DNA of 56,193 nucleotides from the NCBI GenBank assembly GCA_016209595.1, contig JACQVV010000299.1, forward strand, positions 1 through 56,193. Direction: 5' to 3'. Positions 1 through 9,682 of this stretch are shown here, piece by piece (within the stretch, counting starts at the first letter, position 1; the number at the start of each line of letters is the position of its first letter). The notes under the pieces were generated by a model. It saw only the letters and a list, made by a program, of their open reading frames with translations, had not been told where the DNA came from and ran no database searches. This DNA comes from Planctomycetota bacterium (lineage in GTDB: Bacteria > Planctomycetota > JACQVV01). Made by a program: the position numbers and the translations under genes.

Positions 1-380
1 ATCATCCCCCCCATCGAGTAACCGACCACGTGCGCCTTCTCGACTCCGAGGTGGTCGAGGAGGCGAACCGCGTCCTCGGCCATCTTCACGCCGTACTCCT
101 CCTCTCCCACCGGCCGGCCCGAGCCCCCGTGCCCGCGATTGTCCAGCGCAATCACGCGATAGTTCTTCGCAAGCCTGGCGGTGATGCCGGGGAGCTCCCA
201 GTTGAGGCGCGCGCTCGCGTTGAGACCGTGGATGAGGAGCACTGGCTCCCCTTCGCCTCGTACGTCGTAGCGAATCGTGACGCCCGCCGAGTCGAACTCG
301 TCGGCGGGAGCGCCGGAAACGAAGAAAAGAAGTAGGGCGGCGGCCAGAATGAGTTGCCGGAGGGACGGGTGCGGGGTCAT
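1..380 (-). CDS. Alpha/beta hydrolase with signal peptide (runs off the window start)
   Basis: Not in the ORF track. Manual translation from ATG 380: MTPHPSLRQLILAAALLLFFVSGAPADEFDSAGVTIRYDVRGEGEPVLLIHG...VIALDNRGHGGS...HVVGYSMGG, with LLIHG, D-x-RGHG-x-S and the G-x-S-x-G nucleophile elbow. Confidence 0.9.
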   Translation of the reverse strand, partial: MTPHPSLRQLILAAALLLFFVSGAPADEFDSAGVTIRYDVRGEGEPVLLIHGLNASARLNWELPGITARLAKNYRVIALDNRGHGGSGRPVGEEEYGVKMAEDAVRLLDHLGVEKAHVVGYSMGGM

Positions 381-463
381 GGCGGGTTCTCACGATGGTG
401 GAGGACGACCACGAATATGGTAACCCGGTGCCGGGCGCCGTGTTTCGCCGGGGGTCGGGTAAG

Positions 464-1423
464 ATGGGCCGCGTCATGCGCCTCCCGCTCCTCGCCCGGA
501 GACTCGCTCGATTCGCGAGGAGCGGATCCTCGGCCAGCCGCGAATACCGCGAGTGCCGCCGGTCCATCGAGTCGGCCGAAGCACTGGAGGCGACCGGGAC
601 CGTCTGCCTTTCCGTGGATTTCGAGCTGGCATGGTCTCGCGCGCGCCGCGGGGAGGGATCCACGAGCCGGGAGGAATCTCTGGAGCGCGCCCGCCGCGCG
701 CGTGAGGCGCTGCCCGCGCTGCTCGCGCTTTGCGAGGCCTACCGGATCCCCGCCACGTTCGCGGTTGTCGCTCATGTCGCCCTCGACCGCTGCGACCTTC
801 ACCGCCCTCCACCGCCGTTCCGCCCGGGCTGGTTCGGCGAGGACTGGTTCGCGGCTTGCGCCCAGGAGGAGCTCGCGCCGGGTGGCGACATTCGGGCTCC
901 CGATCTTGTCCGCCAGATCCTCACGAGTCCCGTGGGGCACGAGCTCGCGAGCCACGGCTTCTCGCACGTGGACCTCTCGGACGAAGCGACGACCCCGGAG
1001 GTCGCGCGCTTCGAGATCGAGGAGTCGGCCCGGATCCTCCGGGGGCTCGACCCGCGGGTTTCGACCTTCATCTTCCCCAAGAACAGACCTGCCCACTTGG
1101 AGGCCCTCGCGCGTGCGGGGTTTGTGGCCTACCGGACACGGGAGCAGGCGCCTCTCTCGCGGGACCCCCACGGCCTCTGGCGATTCCCTCTCGGGCTATG
1201 GCTCTCGCCCGAGGCGGTGTCTCCGGCCGAGGTCGTTTCCCTCGTCGAACTCGCAGGCCGCCGCCGGGGGCTACTCGGCCTCTGGTGCCACCTGTACGAG
1301 TTCGAAGACCCCTCCCGGCTCCGCGCGTTCTTCGAGCCCGTCTTCGAGGCGGTCCGGAGCACCTCGGGCGTGAAGGCCGATACGATGCGGACCGTCGTGG
1401 AGCGCCATGTCGAACGCGCGTGA
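464..1423 (+). CDS. Polysaccharide deacetylase (NodB/CE4-like)
   Basis: SVDFELAW, IPATFAVV, HELASHGFSH, FIFPKN and LWCHLYEF motifs. Start uncertain (395/464/476). Confidence 0.75.
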   Translation: MGRVMRLPLLARRLARFARSGSSASREYRECRRSIESAEALEATGTVCLSVDFELAWSRARRGEGSTSREESLERARRAREALPALLALCEAYRIPATFAVVAHVALDRCDLHRPPPPFRPGWFGEDWFAACAQEELAPGGDIRAPDLVRQILTSPVGHELASHGFSHVDLSDEATTPEVARFEIEESARILRGLDPRVSTFIFPKNRPAHLEALARAGFVAYRTREQAPLSRDPHGLWRFPLGLWLSPEAVSPAEVVSLVELAGRRRGLLGLWCHLYEFEDPSRLRAFFEPVFEAVRSTSGVKADTMRTVVERHVERA

Positions 1424-2237
1424 GTACTACGACAGGACGAGCGAAGGCTACGTCTCCAAGTGGCGGGAGATCGACCGGAAGCCGGAGAACCCCGCCTTCT
1501 ACTTCCGGAGGCGCCTGATCGAAGGGCTCCTCGACCTGGCGGCGATCCGGGAAGGGGAGAGGGTGGTCGAGATGGGCTGTGGTACCGGGCTCGTCCTCAA
1601 GGAGGCCCTGAAGCGCACGCGCCCCGTGTTCGGCACGGACATCTCGATCGAGATGCTCCGGCGCGTGCAGGACTCCGTGCTCGCGGACCGGAGGGTGGAG
1701 ATCGTGTCCGGCTTCTCCGGAGTGCCACGCGGCCCCGCCGGGATCCGCGGCGGCGCCGACGCCTACCTCATGGTGGATGACATCCGGAACCCATCGCTTC
1801 CCGCCGGTCTCTTCGACGTGGTCCTGTCGCTGGAGGTCCTGCGCTACGTCGAGTCGCTCGATTCCTGCCTCGCACGCGTCCGCTCGGTCCTCGCGCCGGG
1901 CTCGCGATTCGTCTTCTCCGCGACGAACCTCTGGAGCGCGAGCCTCTTTCCCTTGCGGTTCTCGCTCAGGCGGCGCCTGGGGCTCGTGAAGCCCGACCGC
2001 GAGCTCCTTCAGTACTTCGTCACCGAGGGATCGCTCCGCTCACGACTCCGCCGGGCCGGCTTCGAGGTGACGGGATTCCGGAGAGCGCGGCTCGCCTCGA
2101 TCAACCCCTTGTTCTCGCCCCTCATCCGCACGAGCGCAGCCGCGAGGAGGATCGAGACCGCCGAGGATGCGCTCTCGCGGGTTCCGATCGTTCGCGGCCT
2201 CTTCGATACGTTCCTCGTCGCCGCAAGGCCGTGTTGA
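1407..2237 (+). CDS. Class I SAM-dependent methyltransferase
   Basis: VVEMGCGTG motif I, GTDIS, FDVVLSLEVLRY, LAPGSRF; overlaps the upstream stop. Confidence 0.85.
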   Translation: MSNAREYYDRTSEGYVSKWREIDRKPENPAFYFRRRLIEGLLDLAAIREGERVVEMGCGTGLVLKEALKRTRPVFGTDISIEMLRRVQDSVLADRRVEIVSGFSGVPRGPAGIRGGADAYLMVDDIRNPSLPAGLFDVVLSLEVLRYVESLDSCLARVRSVLAPGSRFVFSATNLWSASLFPLRFSLRRRLGLVKPDRELLQYFVTEGSLRSRLRRAGFEVTGFRRARLASINPLFSPLIRTSAAARRIETAEDALSRVPIVRGLFDTFLVAARPC

Positions 2238-2250
2238 AGCTCCCCCGTGG

Positions 2251-3195
2251 CTACCAGTACGCTTCCTTCATGGCCTCGGGGAAGATCGATTCGAGATAGG
2301 CCGCGAGCTTCTCGTTGGTAGGGCCGTAGCCCTTGTCGTACATGAAGTGCTCGAGCGCGACGCCAAAGTCGTGGGCCGACTGCCAGCGGTCGGCGGGGTT
2401 GATCTCGAGACCCTTCATCACGATCTCGTTCAGGCGCGGCGGGACCCGCGGGTTCACCTTCATGACATTGGGGATCCGGTAGTTCTCCATCTTGTCCACG
2501 AGTTCTTCCGGGCTCTCGACGTTGTAGACCATCTTCCCGGTCAGGAGCTCGAAGGATATGAGAGCGAGCGAGAAGATGTCGCTCCGGTGGTCGGTCCCCT
2601 GGAACTTCGCCATTTCAGGCGACATGAAGGGGTACTTCCCCATGATGACTTCCTTCTCGTCGGGGATCTTCATCGTGAGCGCCTTGGCGATCCCGAAGTC
2701 GGTGAGCTTCACGACCCCCGCGAAGTTGAGGATGATGTTGGAGGGGGAAACATCCCGGTGGACGATCCCGAGGAGCTTCCCGCTCCGGTCGCGCTTCTTG
2801 TGCGCGTAGTCGAGCCCGCGACAGACGCGGGAGACGATGAACGCGGCGAGGTCGATGGGGACCTCGCGCTTCAGGGACTGGTGGCGCTTGACGAACTTCT
2901 CCAGGGTCTTGCCGAAGACATGCTCCATCACGATGAAGTACTGCCCGTCGTGCTTGTCAAGGTGGTAGACCTGGAGGATGTTCTCGTGGATGAGATCGGC
3001 CACGAGCTTCGCCTCGCCCACGAAGAGGTCGAGAGTCTCCCGGTCCTCCAAGAGCGAACTCCGGATCGTCTTCAGGGCGACGGTCTTCCGGAACCCGTCG
3101 GCGCCGATCTGCTCGGCCAGGTAGATCGATCCCATCCCTCCCTCGGCGATCCGCTTGACGATGCGGTACCGCGGGTGCAGGACGACGTCGTCCAT
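2251..3195 (-). CDS. Hanks-type Ser/Thr protein kinase (stand-alone catalytic domain)
   Basis: IAEGGMG, VALK, HRDVSPSN, DFG, MSPE, DIFSL. Confidence 0.93.
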   Translation of the reverse strand: MDDVVLHPRYRIVKRIAEGGMGSIYLAEQIGADGFRKTVALKTIRSSLLEDRETLDLFVGEAKLVADLIHENILQVYHLDKHDGQYFIVMEHVFGKTLEKFVKRHQSLKREVPIDLAAFIVSRVCRGLDYAHKKRDRSGKLLGIVHRDVSPSNIILNFAGVVKLTDFGIAKALTMKIPDEKEVIMGKYPFMSPEMAKFQGTDHRSDIFSLALISFELLTGKMVYNVESPEELVDKMENYRIPNVMKVNPRVPPRLNEIVMKGLEINPADRWQSAHDFGVALEHFMYDKGYGPTNEKLAAYLESIFPEAMKEAYW

Positions 3196-3205
3196 CGACC
3201 CTACC

Positions 3206-5977
3206 CTACGATGGCCTCAGATACTGGTAGACGTCCCGGTCGGAGAAGGGCTTGGAGATGCGGCCGTCCGCTTTCGCCAGGTACGGTTGGAATCTCTCCT
3301 CCTCCGCCTGCCCCGTAAGGAAGACGATCCGCGCCTGCGGGTTGATCGTCTTCAAGCGATCGAACGTCTCCAGGCCGTTGAACTCGCCGGGCATGGAGAT
3401 GTCGAGGAACACGAGATCGAACCGCCGGCGGGCGAACTCCAGGATCGCCTGTTTCCCGGAACGTACGGTCACAACCTCGTTCTTCTCGAAGAACCCCTTC
3501 ACCACGTCCAGGATAGCCGGCTCGTCGTCCACCACGAGGATCTTCATGCCGAGCTCGGGCTCGCCGGCTTCAGCACGAATCGTCGTGATCCGGCGCGTCG
3601 CGCCCTTGGGACTCGGCAGCACGATGGGGAGCCGGATGGTGAACACGCTCCCGATCCCCTCCTCGCTCTCGACGATGATCTCGCCCTCGTGCTTCCGCAC
3701 GAGGTTGTAGCTCACCGAGAGCCCGAGGCCCGTCCCCGGAATCCTGGACTTCCCGCTGGGACCCTTGGTGGTGAAGAAGGGCTGGAAGATCTTGCCCAGG
3801 TTCGTCTTGGCGATCCCGCCGCCCGTGTCCTGGAAGATCACGACGACGGCTCCCTCCTCCTCGAGGGTCCGGATCGTGAGCGTCCCTTCGCGATCGATCA
3901 TCGCCTGTGCGGCGTTGATGATCATGTTGAGGAAGACCTGCTGGATCTCGCCGACGTTGACGCAGGTCCGCGGGACCTCGCCGAACTCCTTGACCAGCCG
4001 GATCCGGTTCTTCTCGATTTCTTTCGCCACGAGGAGGAGCGAGTCCTCCAGGATGTCGTTCACGGAGGCGTAGGTCCGCTCCTGCTGGCCCTGGCGGCTG
4101 AAACTCATCAGGCTGTCGATGATCTGCTTTCCTCGGGCCGTCTGCTTCAGCACGATCTCCCGGAGCTTGGCGAAGTCGAAGTTCTCCTTCTTCCCCGCGA
4201 GCTGCGCGTATCCCATCATGCTCGCGATGATGTTGTTGAACTCGTGCGCGATCCCGGAGGCAAGGAGCCCGACCGAAGCCATCTTCTCCTGCTGAAAGAC
4301 CTGGGCCTGGAGCTCCTTCTGGCGAGTGATGTCCTCGGCCAGGATGACTCCCCCGGAAATACCGCCGCTTCCGTCCCGGAACGCCGCCCCGCGCACGTTG
4401 AAGTACGCGAAGGAGTCGCTCGCTTTCTTGCGAACGGGGACGTCGTTCGCCTCGAAGGACGCCCCTTCCGCGAGCATCTTCTTCATCTCCTCCGGGAGGG
4501 GGAAGAGATCGTTCACACGGAGAGCGTCGCCTCCGGTGGCAGGGGAGACGAGGCCGAGCGCCTCGCACCCGTGCCGGTTGAGGTCGAGGATGTTCCCCTG
4601 GACATCGACCGTGGCGATCAGGGCCGGCGTCCTCTCGAAGGTGTTCCGGTACTGCTCCTCGCTCTTCTTGAGTGCGTTTTCCAGCTCCTTCCTCTTGGAG
4701 ATATCGCGGATGATCGACTCGATCTTGTGGACGCCTGTTTTCTCGTCGCGCACGAGCCGCCCCGAGACGCTGGCGTGGATCCGGCTTCCCTCGCTGTCCT
4801 TGAGCTCCATCTCGCGGTCGCGGATGTAGCCCCGGACGTGGTACTGCTCGAGCACCTCCGCGCGGTCCTCGGTGGTGTAGTAGAGGGCGCCGACCGGGAG
4901 CGCGTTCATCTCCTCTCGCGTGTACCGGAAGAGCCGGAGCGTCTGCTCGTTGAAGGAAAGGACCTTGCCCTCGAGGGTCGTCTCGACGATCGCGTCGGGG
5001 GAGTTCTCGATGAAGCTCCGGTGTTGCTCCTCGCTCCGGCGGATCTCGTCTTCCAGGATCGCGCGTTCCAGCGCGATGCCCGCCTGCCGCCCGATCGCGC
5101 TCATGAGCTCGAGCTGGTCCTCCGTGAAGACCCCCTTCGAGGCGAGCGTGTCGGCATAGATGCAACCCAGGATGCGATCGTGGCCCTCCAGCGGCACGCA
5201 CATGACCGACCGGATGTTGAGGAGGCACACCGAGTCCTGGGCCTGGAACCGCCGGTCGCTCATCGCATCGGACGAGATCGTCGAGAGGCCGTTCCGGATC
5301 GACTCGTCGACGATCGTGCGGCTGATCGACAGCTGGTCGTCGGCGGTCGCCCCCTCCCCCACGTGGTAGGCGACCGCGTCGAACGTCTCCGTCTTCTCGT
5401 CCAGGAGCAACAGGAAGCCGCGGTCGGCCGGGATGACCTCCAGGATCGTGTTGAGGATGACCTGGAAGAGGCTCCTGGGATCGCGCTCCGTGTGGATCAG
5501 GTTCCCGATCTTGTAGATCGTGGTGAGCGCGAGCAGCGACTTCTGGATCGAACCCTGGTTCTCCGGGCTCTTGCTCAGGATGTCGGACGCGATGGCGTCG
5601 AGATGGGGCTTCGTCCGCCGGATGTAGTCCACCGTGCTGTTGTGCTCGTCCTTGGAGACGAGGACCGTCGTCGTGCTCGCCTCGGTTCCGTCGAGGAGCC
5701 GGAACTCGGTCTCCCCCGAGGAGATGATGTCCCCCGCGCGGAGCACCGCCTCCCGGACCCGGCGGCCGTTGAGGTAGGTTCCGTTGGAACTCTCGAGGTC
5801 CTTGAGGAGGAACCTGCCCTCCCGTTTCTCGATCGCGAAATGGAGCCGCGAGAGACCCTGATCGAAGATCTGGATCGTGCTGTTGACGCCCCGGCCGATC
5901 ACGACCTTCTCGACGTCGTCCAGGTCGAAACACTCGTCCCGGCGCTCACCCTTCAGAACCTTCAGCCGGACCGCCAT
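3206..5977 (-). CDS. Hybrid histidine kinase: FHA-GAF-PAS-PAS-HisKA-HATPase-receiver
   Basis: FHA (IGRG..SRLH..SSNGTYLNG), GAF (SVMCVPL), PAS (FIENSPDAI), H-box AHEFNN, FFTTK, GTGLGL, receiver (VVDDE, FLDISMP, KPF). ATG 5977 follows a GGAGG. Confidence 0.92.
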   Translation of the reverse strand: MAVRLKVLKGERRDECFDLDDVEKVVIGRGVNSTIQIFDQGLSRLHFAIEKREGRFLLKDLESSNGTYLNGRRVREAVLRAGDIISSGETEFRLLDGTEASTTTVLVSKDEHNSTVDYIRRTKPHLDAIASDILSKSPENQGSIQKSLLALTTIYKIGNLIHTERDPRSLFQVILNTILEVIPADRGFLLLLDEKTETFDAVAYHVGEGATADDQLSISRTIVDESIRNGLSTISSDAMSDRRFQAQDSVCLLNIRSVMCVPLEGHDRILGCIYADTLASKGVFTEDQLELMSAIGRQAGIALERAILEDEIRRSEEQHRSFIENSPDAIVETTLEGKVLSFNEQTLRLFRYTREEMNALPVGALYYTTEDRAEVLEQYHVRGYIRDREMELKDSEGSRIHASVSGRLVRDEKTGVHKIESIIRDISKRKELENALKKSEEQYRNTFERTPALIATVDVQGNILDLNRHGCEALGLVSPATGGDALRVNDLFPLPEEMKKMLAEGASFEANDVPVRKKASDSFAYFNVRGAAFRDGSGGISGGVILAEDITRQKELQAQVFQQEKMASVGLLASGIAHEFNNIIASMMGYAQLAGKKENFDFAKLREIVLKQTARGKQIIDSLMSFSRQGQQERTYASVNDILEDSLLLVAKEIEKNRIRLVKEFGEVPRTCVNVGEIQQVFLNMIINAAQAMIDREGTLTIRTLEEEGAVVVIFQDTGGGIAKTNLGKIFQPFFTTKGPSGKSRIPGTGLGLSVSYNLVRKHEGEIIVESEEGIGSVFTIRLPIVLPSPKGATRRITTIRAEAGEPELGMKILVVDDEPAILDVVKGFFEKNEVVTVRSGKQAILEFARRRFDLVFLDISMPGEFNGLETFDRLKTINPQARIVFLTGQAEEERFQPYLAKADGRISKPFSDRDVYQYLRPS

Positions 5978-6058
5978 GTCGCCTCCACACAGGTCCAGAC
6001 GAGATTCTATCGGTCTCCCCTGGAAGGAACAAGGCGAGCCTCCGTATGATGGTTGCCC

Positions 6059-7582
6059 ATGCGACTGAGCGAACAGCAGCACGCGGTCCTCGCGCCGCTC
6101 GACCGGGCCGGCGATCACCCTCTCACCGTGGCCGAGATCGCCCGGGAGAGCGGCCTCGACCAGTCGATCGTGATGTCGGCCCTCGCCCTGGCCGAGCGTT
6201 GGGGGTGGGTCCGGATCGAAACCACGCCCCGCGAGGAGATCGTCCCGGGGCCGCAGGCGGCGGAGGCGGCTGCCGGAAAGCTTCCGGAGCGCCAGTTCCT
6301 GGAGGAGCTTCGCAAGGCCGCGGGCGGGTCGATCCCGATGAAAGACGTCGTGGCGTGGGCGGGGTCTCGTGGGCTCCCGGTGAACGACATCGTGAAGTGG
6401 GGGGGCGCCCGGGGGTGGTTCTCCAAGGCGAAGGGGGAGCTCGTCCTTTCCGAGGCCGGCCGCGGGGCCGCCGGCAGGGACGCCGACGAGGCCGCGCTCG
6501 AAATTGCCCTACGGGTCCGGCCGCTCCACCTCGACGAGCTCGCGCGTCACGGCCTGGATGCCGAGCGAGTGCGCGCCTTGCTGAAGGGCCGTGGCGAGAT
6601 CGCGAAGATCAAGGAGCGACACCTGCGCGAGATCCGCGCGCTTCCGCCGTTCGCCCAGTTCCGCTCCGCCCAGGTCGTCCGGCAGGTGAACCAGCTCACG
6701 AGCGAGGATATCCAGTCGGGCCGCTGGCGGGAGATCGAGCTGCGACCCTACGACGTCACGCTCCCGGCCGAGACGGCCCGCCCCGCGAAGGCACACCCGC
6801 TCGCCCGGATCCTCCACGAGACCCGGCAGGCGTTTCTCCGGATGGGCTTCACGGAGATCGTGAGCCCCATGGTCGAGAGCGCGTTCTGGGATTTCGACGC
6901 GCTGTTCCAGCCGCAGGACCACCCGGCTCGCGACATGCAGGACACGTTCTATCTCTCCCGGCCCGCGAAGGCGAGGCTCCCGGAGGAATCGCTCGTCGAG
7001 AGGATCCGCCGCACCCACGAGGACGGCGGCGGCACCGGCTCGACCGGATGGGGCTACTCCTGGAACCGGGAGGAGGCCGCCAGGACGGTGCTCCGCACCC
7101 ACACCACGGCGACCTCGATTCGCGCCATCGCGGCCAATCCGAAGCCCCCAGCGAAGTACTTCTGCGTGGGGCGCGTCTTCCGCAACGAAACCGTGAGCTA
7201 CAAGCACCTCCCCGAGTTCACGCAGGTGGACGGGATCATCGTCGACGAGAAGGCGTCCTTCCGCTGCCTCCTCGGGACCCTGGTCGAGTTCTACCGCCAG
7301 ATGGGTTTCGAGAAGGTGAAGTTCATGCCGTCCTTCTTCCCCTACACAGAACCTTCCGCCGAGGTCTACGTCTGGTTCGAGGCGAAGAAGGACTGGATCG
7401 AGCTCGGGGGCTCCGGAGTCTTCCGGCCCGAGGTCACGCGACCCCTGGGCTGCGAGGTCCCCGTGCTCGCCTGGGGCCTGGGGCTCGAGCGCCTGGCGAT
7501 GCTCCGCTACGGCCTCTCCGGCATCCGCGAGCTCTACCTCTCCGACCTCGACTTCCTCCGGGAGGCGCCCCTGTGCCGGTAG
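6059..7582 (+). CDS. pheS: Phenylalanine-tRNA ligase alpha subunit, archaeal/eukaryotic type (~507 aa)
   Basis: FWDFDALFQPQDHPARDMQDTFY, VLRTHTT, GRVFRNE, HLPEFTQVDG, FFPYTEPS, ELGGSGVFRPE, WGLGLERLAM; long N-terminal winged-helix-like extension. Confidence 0.96.
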   Translation: MRLSEQQHAVLAPLDRAGDHPLTVAEIARESGLDQSIVMSALALAERWGWVRIETTPREEIVPGPQAAEAAAGKLPERQFLEELRKAAGGSIPMKDVVAWAGSRGLPVNDIVKWGGARGWFSKAKGELVLSEAGRGAAGRDADEAALEIALRVRPLHLDELARHGLDAERVRALLKGRGEIAKIKERHLREIRALPPFAQFRSAQVVRQVNQLTSEDIQSGRWREIELRPYDVTLPAETARPAKAHPLARILHETRQAFLRMGFTEIVSPMVESAFWDFDALFQPQDHPARDMQDTFYLSRPAKARLPEESLVERIRRTHEDGGGTGSTGWGYSWNREEAARTVLRTHTTATSIRAIAANPKPPAKYFCVGRVFRNETVSYKHLPEFTQVDGIIVDEKASFRCLLGTLVEFYRQMGFEKVKFMPSFFPYTEPSAEVYVWFEAKKDWIELGGSGVFRPEVTRPLGCEVPVLAWGLGLERLAMLRYGLSGIRELYLSDLDFLREAPLCR

Positions 7583-9363
7583 TCTCGATCGGCGTCCGCC
7601 GGCTCTTCTCGCACCTCGGCGCCGCGAAGTCGATGAAGGAGCTCCTCGAGGTCCTGGAGGCTCTCGGGTGCCACGTCGAGGACACGGAGGAAGTGGTCCT
7701 CTACGCGTGCGCGGGGTGCGGCTCGCCGGTCGAGGCGCTCCAGAGCGAGGAGTCCCCCAGGCGGTGCCCGACCTGCGGGTACGAGTCCGCGGCGCCCTTT
7801 GCCGCCATCGGAAAGGACCAGGTCGTCCGGATCGAGCTCCTCCCGGCCCGTCCCGACCTCTTCGACGCGGGCGGTCTCGCCCGCTCGATCAAGGGATTTC
7901 TAGGACTAGAGAAGGGCCTCCCCCGCGCGGCGGTCGAGAAAGGCGAGATCCTCGTTCGCGTCGATCCGGCCCTTTCGCGGCCCGAGAGCTTCCGCCCCCA
8001 CATCGCGTGCGCCGAGGTCGAGATGCCCTCGCTCGACGCGGAGGGGCTCCGCGAACTCATGAAGCTCCAGGAGAGCCTCCACTGGGGGATCGGGCGCGAC
8101 CGGAAGCTCGCCTCGATCGGCGTCTACGACCTCTCGCGGATCGTCCCGCCCATCGACTACCGCGCGGTCGGGCCCGACGAGACCCAGTTCTCTCCGCTCG
8201 GGATGCCCGGCATGCGACTCACCCCCCGGAGAATCCTCGCCGAGCACCCGAAGGGCGTGGCCTACCGGCATCTCCTGGAGAAGCACGCGCGCTACCCGCT
8301 TCTCATCGACTCCAAGGGCCAGGTCCTCTCGCTCCCGCCCATCATCAACAGCGATGAGACCAAGGTCTCGGTCGGTTCCAGGCGGCTCTTCGTCGACGTG
8401 ACCGGAACGACCGCGAGCGACACCGACCACGCGCTCCACGCGATCGTCTCGTCCCTCGTGGAGACCGGAGGCAAGGTCCGCTCCGTGCGGATCTCGGGTC
8501 CCTCGGGCGAGCGCGAGACGCCCGAACTCTCCCCCCGCTCGATCGTCCTCTCGCGGCCCGAGACCGAGCGCTGGCTGGGGATCCCCCTTTCGCCGGAGAA
8601 GTTTCGCGAGCTCCTGGGCAGGATGCGACTGGGCGTCGAGGGCGGACCCGACAGCTTCACCGTGAGTTACGCCGCGTTCCGCACCGACGTGAAACACCCC
8701 GTGGACCTCATGGAGGACGTGGCGATCGCCTACGGCTTCCGCAACATGGTCCTGGATCTCGTCCCCACCGGCACGGTCGGCCGCGAACGGCCGGAGGAGG
8801 CCCTCTCCGCTCGCGCCCGCGCCGCGCTCCTGGGGCTCGGGCACTTCGAGGTCATGACGCTCGTGCAGACGACCGAGGCGAACCACTACCGGCGCCTCCG
8901 GCTCGAGCCAGGCACCGACCACGTCCAGATCGCAAACCCCAAATCGATCGAGCTCGATCGCGTCCGGACCCACCTTCTTTCGGGGCTCCTGGAGATTCTC
9001 GAGAAGAACCACCACAAGCCCGCACCCATCCGGCTCTTCGAGATCGGGAACGTCATCCTTCTCGACCCCTCGGCCGAGACCGGCACGCGAGAGATCCGCC
9101 GCGCCGGGATCGCCCTCATGGGGCCCGAGGCCGGGTACGCCCAGATCCGCGCCGTCGTGGACGGCCTCCTCGCGGAGCTCGGCCGGACCGGAACCTACCG
9201 CGCCGCGAGCCACCCGACGTTCCTCTCCGGTCGCTTCGCCGAAGTCGATCTCGGGGACGGCCTCACCGCCCGCCTGGGCGAGCTCCACCCCGAGGTCGTC
9301 CTCTCCTTCGGCCTTGCGCATCCCACGGCCATGGCCGAGGTGGATCTCTGCCGGGTCGTCTGA
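7573..9363 (+). CDS. pheT: Phenylalanine-tRNA ligase beta subunit, archaeal/eukaryotic type (~596 aa) with CxxC...CxxC insert
   Basis: GTG 7573 follows GGAGG and overlaps the pheS stop. Motifs RPDL, QESLHWGIGRDRKLASIGVYD, LSLPPIINS, RTDVKHPVDLMEDVAIAYGF, RLFEIG, GELHPEV. No OB-fold or C-terminal anticodon-binding domain. Confidence 0.94.
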   Translation: MPVVSIGVRRLFSHLGAAKSMKELLEVLEALGCHVEDTEEVVLYACAGCGSPVEALQSEESPRRCPTCGYESAAPFAAIGKDQVVRIELLPARPDLFDAGGLARSIKGFLGLEKGLPRAAVEKGEILVRVDPALSRPESFRPHIACAEVEMPSLDAEGLRELMKLQESLHWGIGRDRKLASIGVYDLSRIVPPIDYRAVGPDETQFSPLGMPGMRLTPRRILAEHPKGVAYRHLLEKHARYPLLIDSKGQVLSLPPIINSDETKVSVGSRRLFVDVTGTTASDTDHALHAIVSSLVETGGKVRSVRISGPSGERETPELSPRSIVLSRPETERWLGIPLSPEKFRELLGRMRLGVEGGPDSFTVSYAAFRTDVKHPVDLMEDVAIAYGFRNMVLDLVPTGTVGRERPEEALSARARAALLGLGHFEVMTLVQTTEANHYRRLRLEPGTDHVQIANPKSIELDRVRTHLLSGLLEILEKNHHKPAPIRLFEIGNVILLDPSAETGTREIRRAGIALMGPEAGYAQIRAVVDGLLAELGRTGTYRAASHPTFLSGRFAEVDLGDGLTARLGELHPEVVLSFGLAHPTAMAEVDLCRVV

Positions 9364-9377
9364 CCGTCGCAGGAGTT

Positions 9378-9406
9378 TTGCCACGGATTGCGGAATTCTG
9401 TAATCT
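9378..9406 (+). promoter_or_regulatory. Putative sigma70 promoter of the antitoxin-vapC operon (leaderless)
   Basis: TTGCCA (9378-83), 17-nt spacer, TAATCT (9401-06), 6 nt, ATG 9413; no SD. Confidence 0.5.
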
Positions 9407-9412
9407 TGCAGC

Positions 9413-9682
9413 ATGGTTGCGACCCGCATCTCGAGCACCCAGCTTGCCCGCACCCTCGGCGACATCCTGGCGCGAGTTCGGTACAAGGGGGAGTCGTTCG
9501 TCGTCGAGAAGAACGGCAAACCGATCGCGGTCCTCGCTCCATGCGGCTCCAGCGCCAGGACCTGGGACGATTTCGCCCGCGCCTGGTCGGAATCGGGAGG
9601 TCTCGACGCGGACTGGGCCGATCTCCTGGAGACCATCGGCCGGGAGGATCGCCCGTCGGAAGACCCATGGGCCTCGCACTAG
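9413..9682 (+). CDS. Phd/YefM-family antitoxin
   Basis: ISSTQLARTLGDILARV...GESFVVEKNGKPIAVLAP Phd fold with an acidic tail; upstream of a PIN gene. Confidence 0.85.
   Translation: MVATRISSTQLARTLGDILARVRYKGESFVVEKNGKPIAVLAPCGSSARTWDDFARAWSESGGLDADWADLLETIGREDRPSEDPWASH

Noticed and set aside
6046-9363. Single 1105-aa PheT or PheS-PheT fusion
   Set aside because: The first ~509 codons are an off-frame shadow of pheS; the real pheT starts at GTG 7573 with its own SD.
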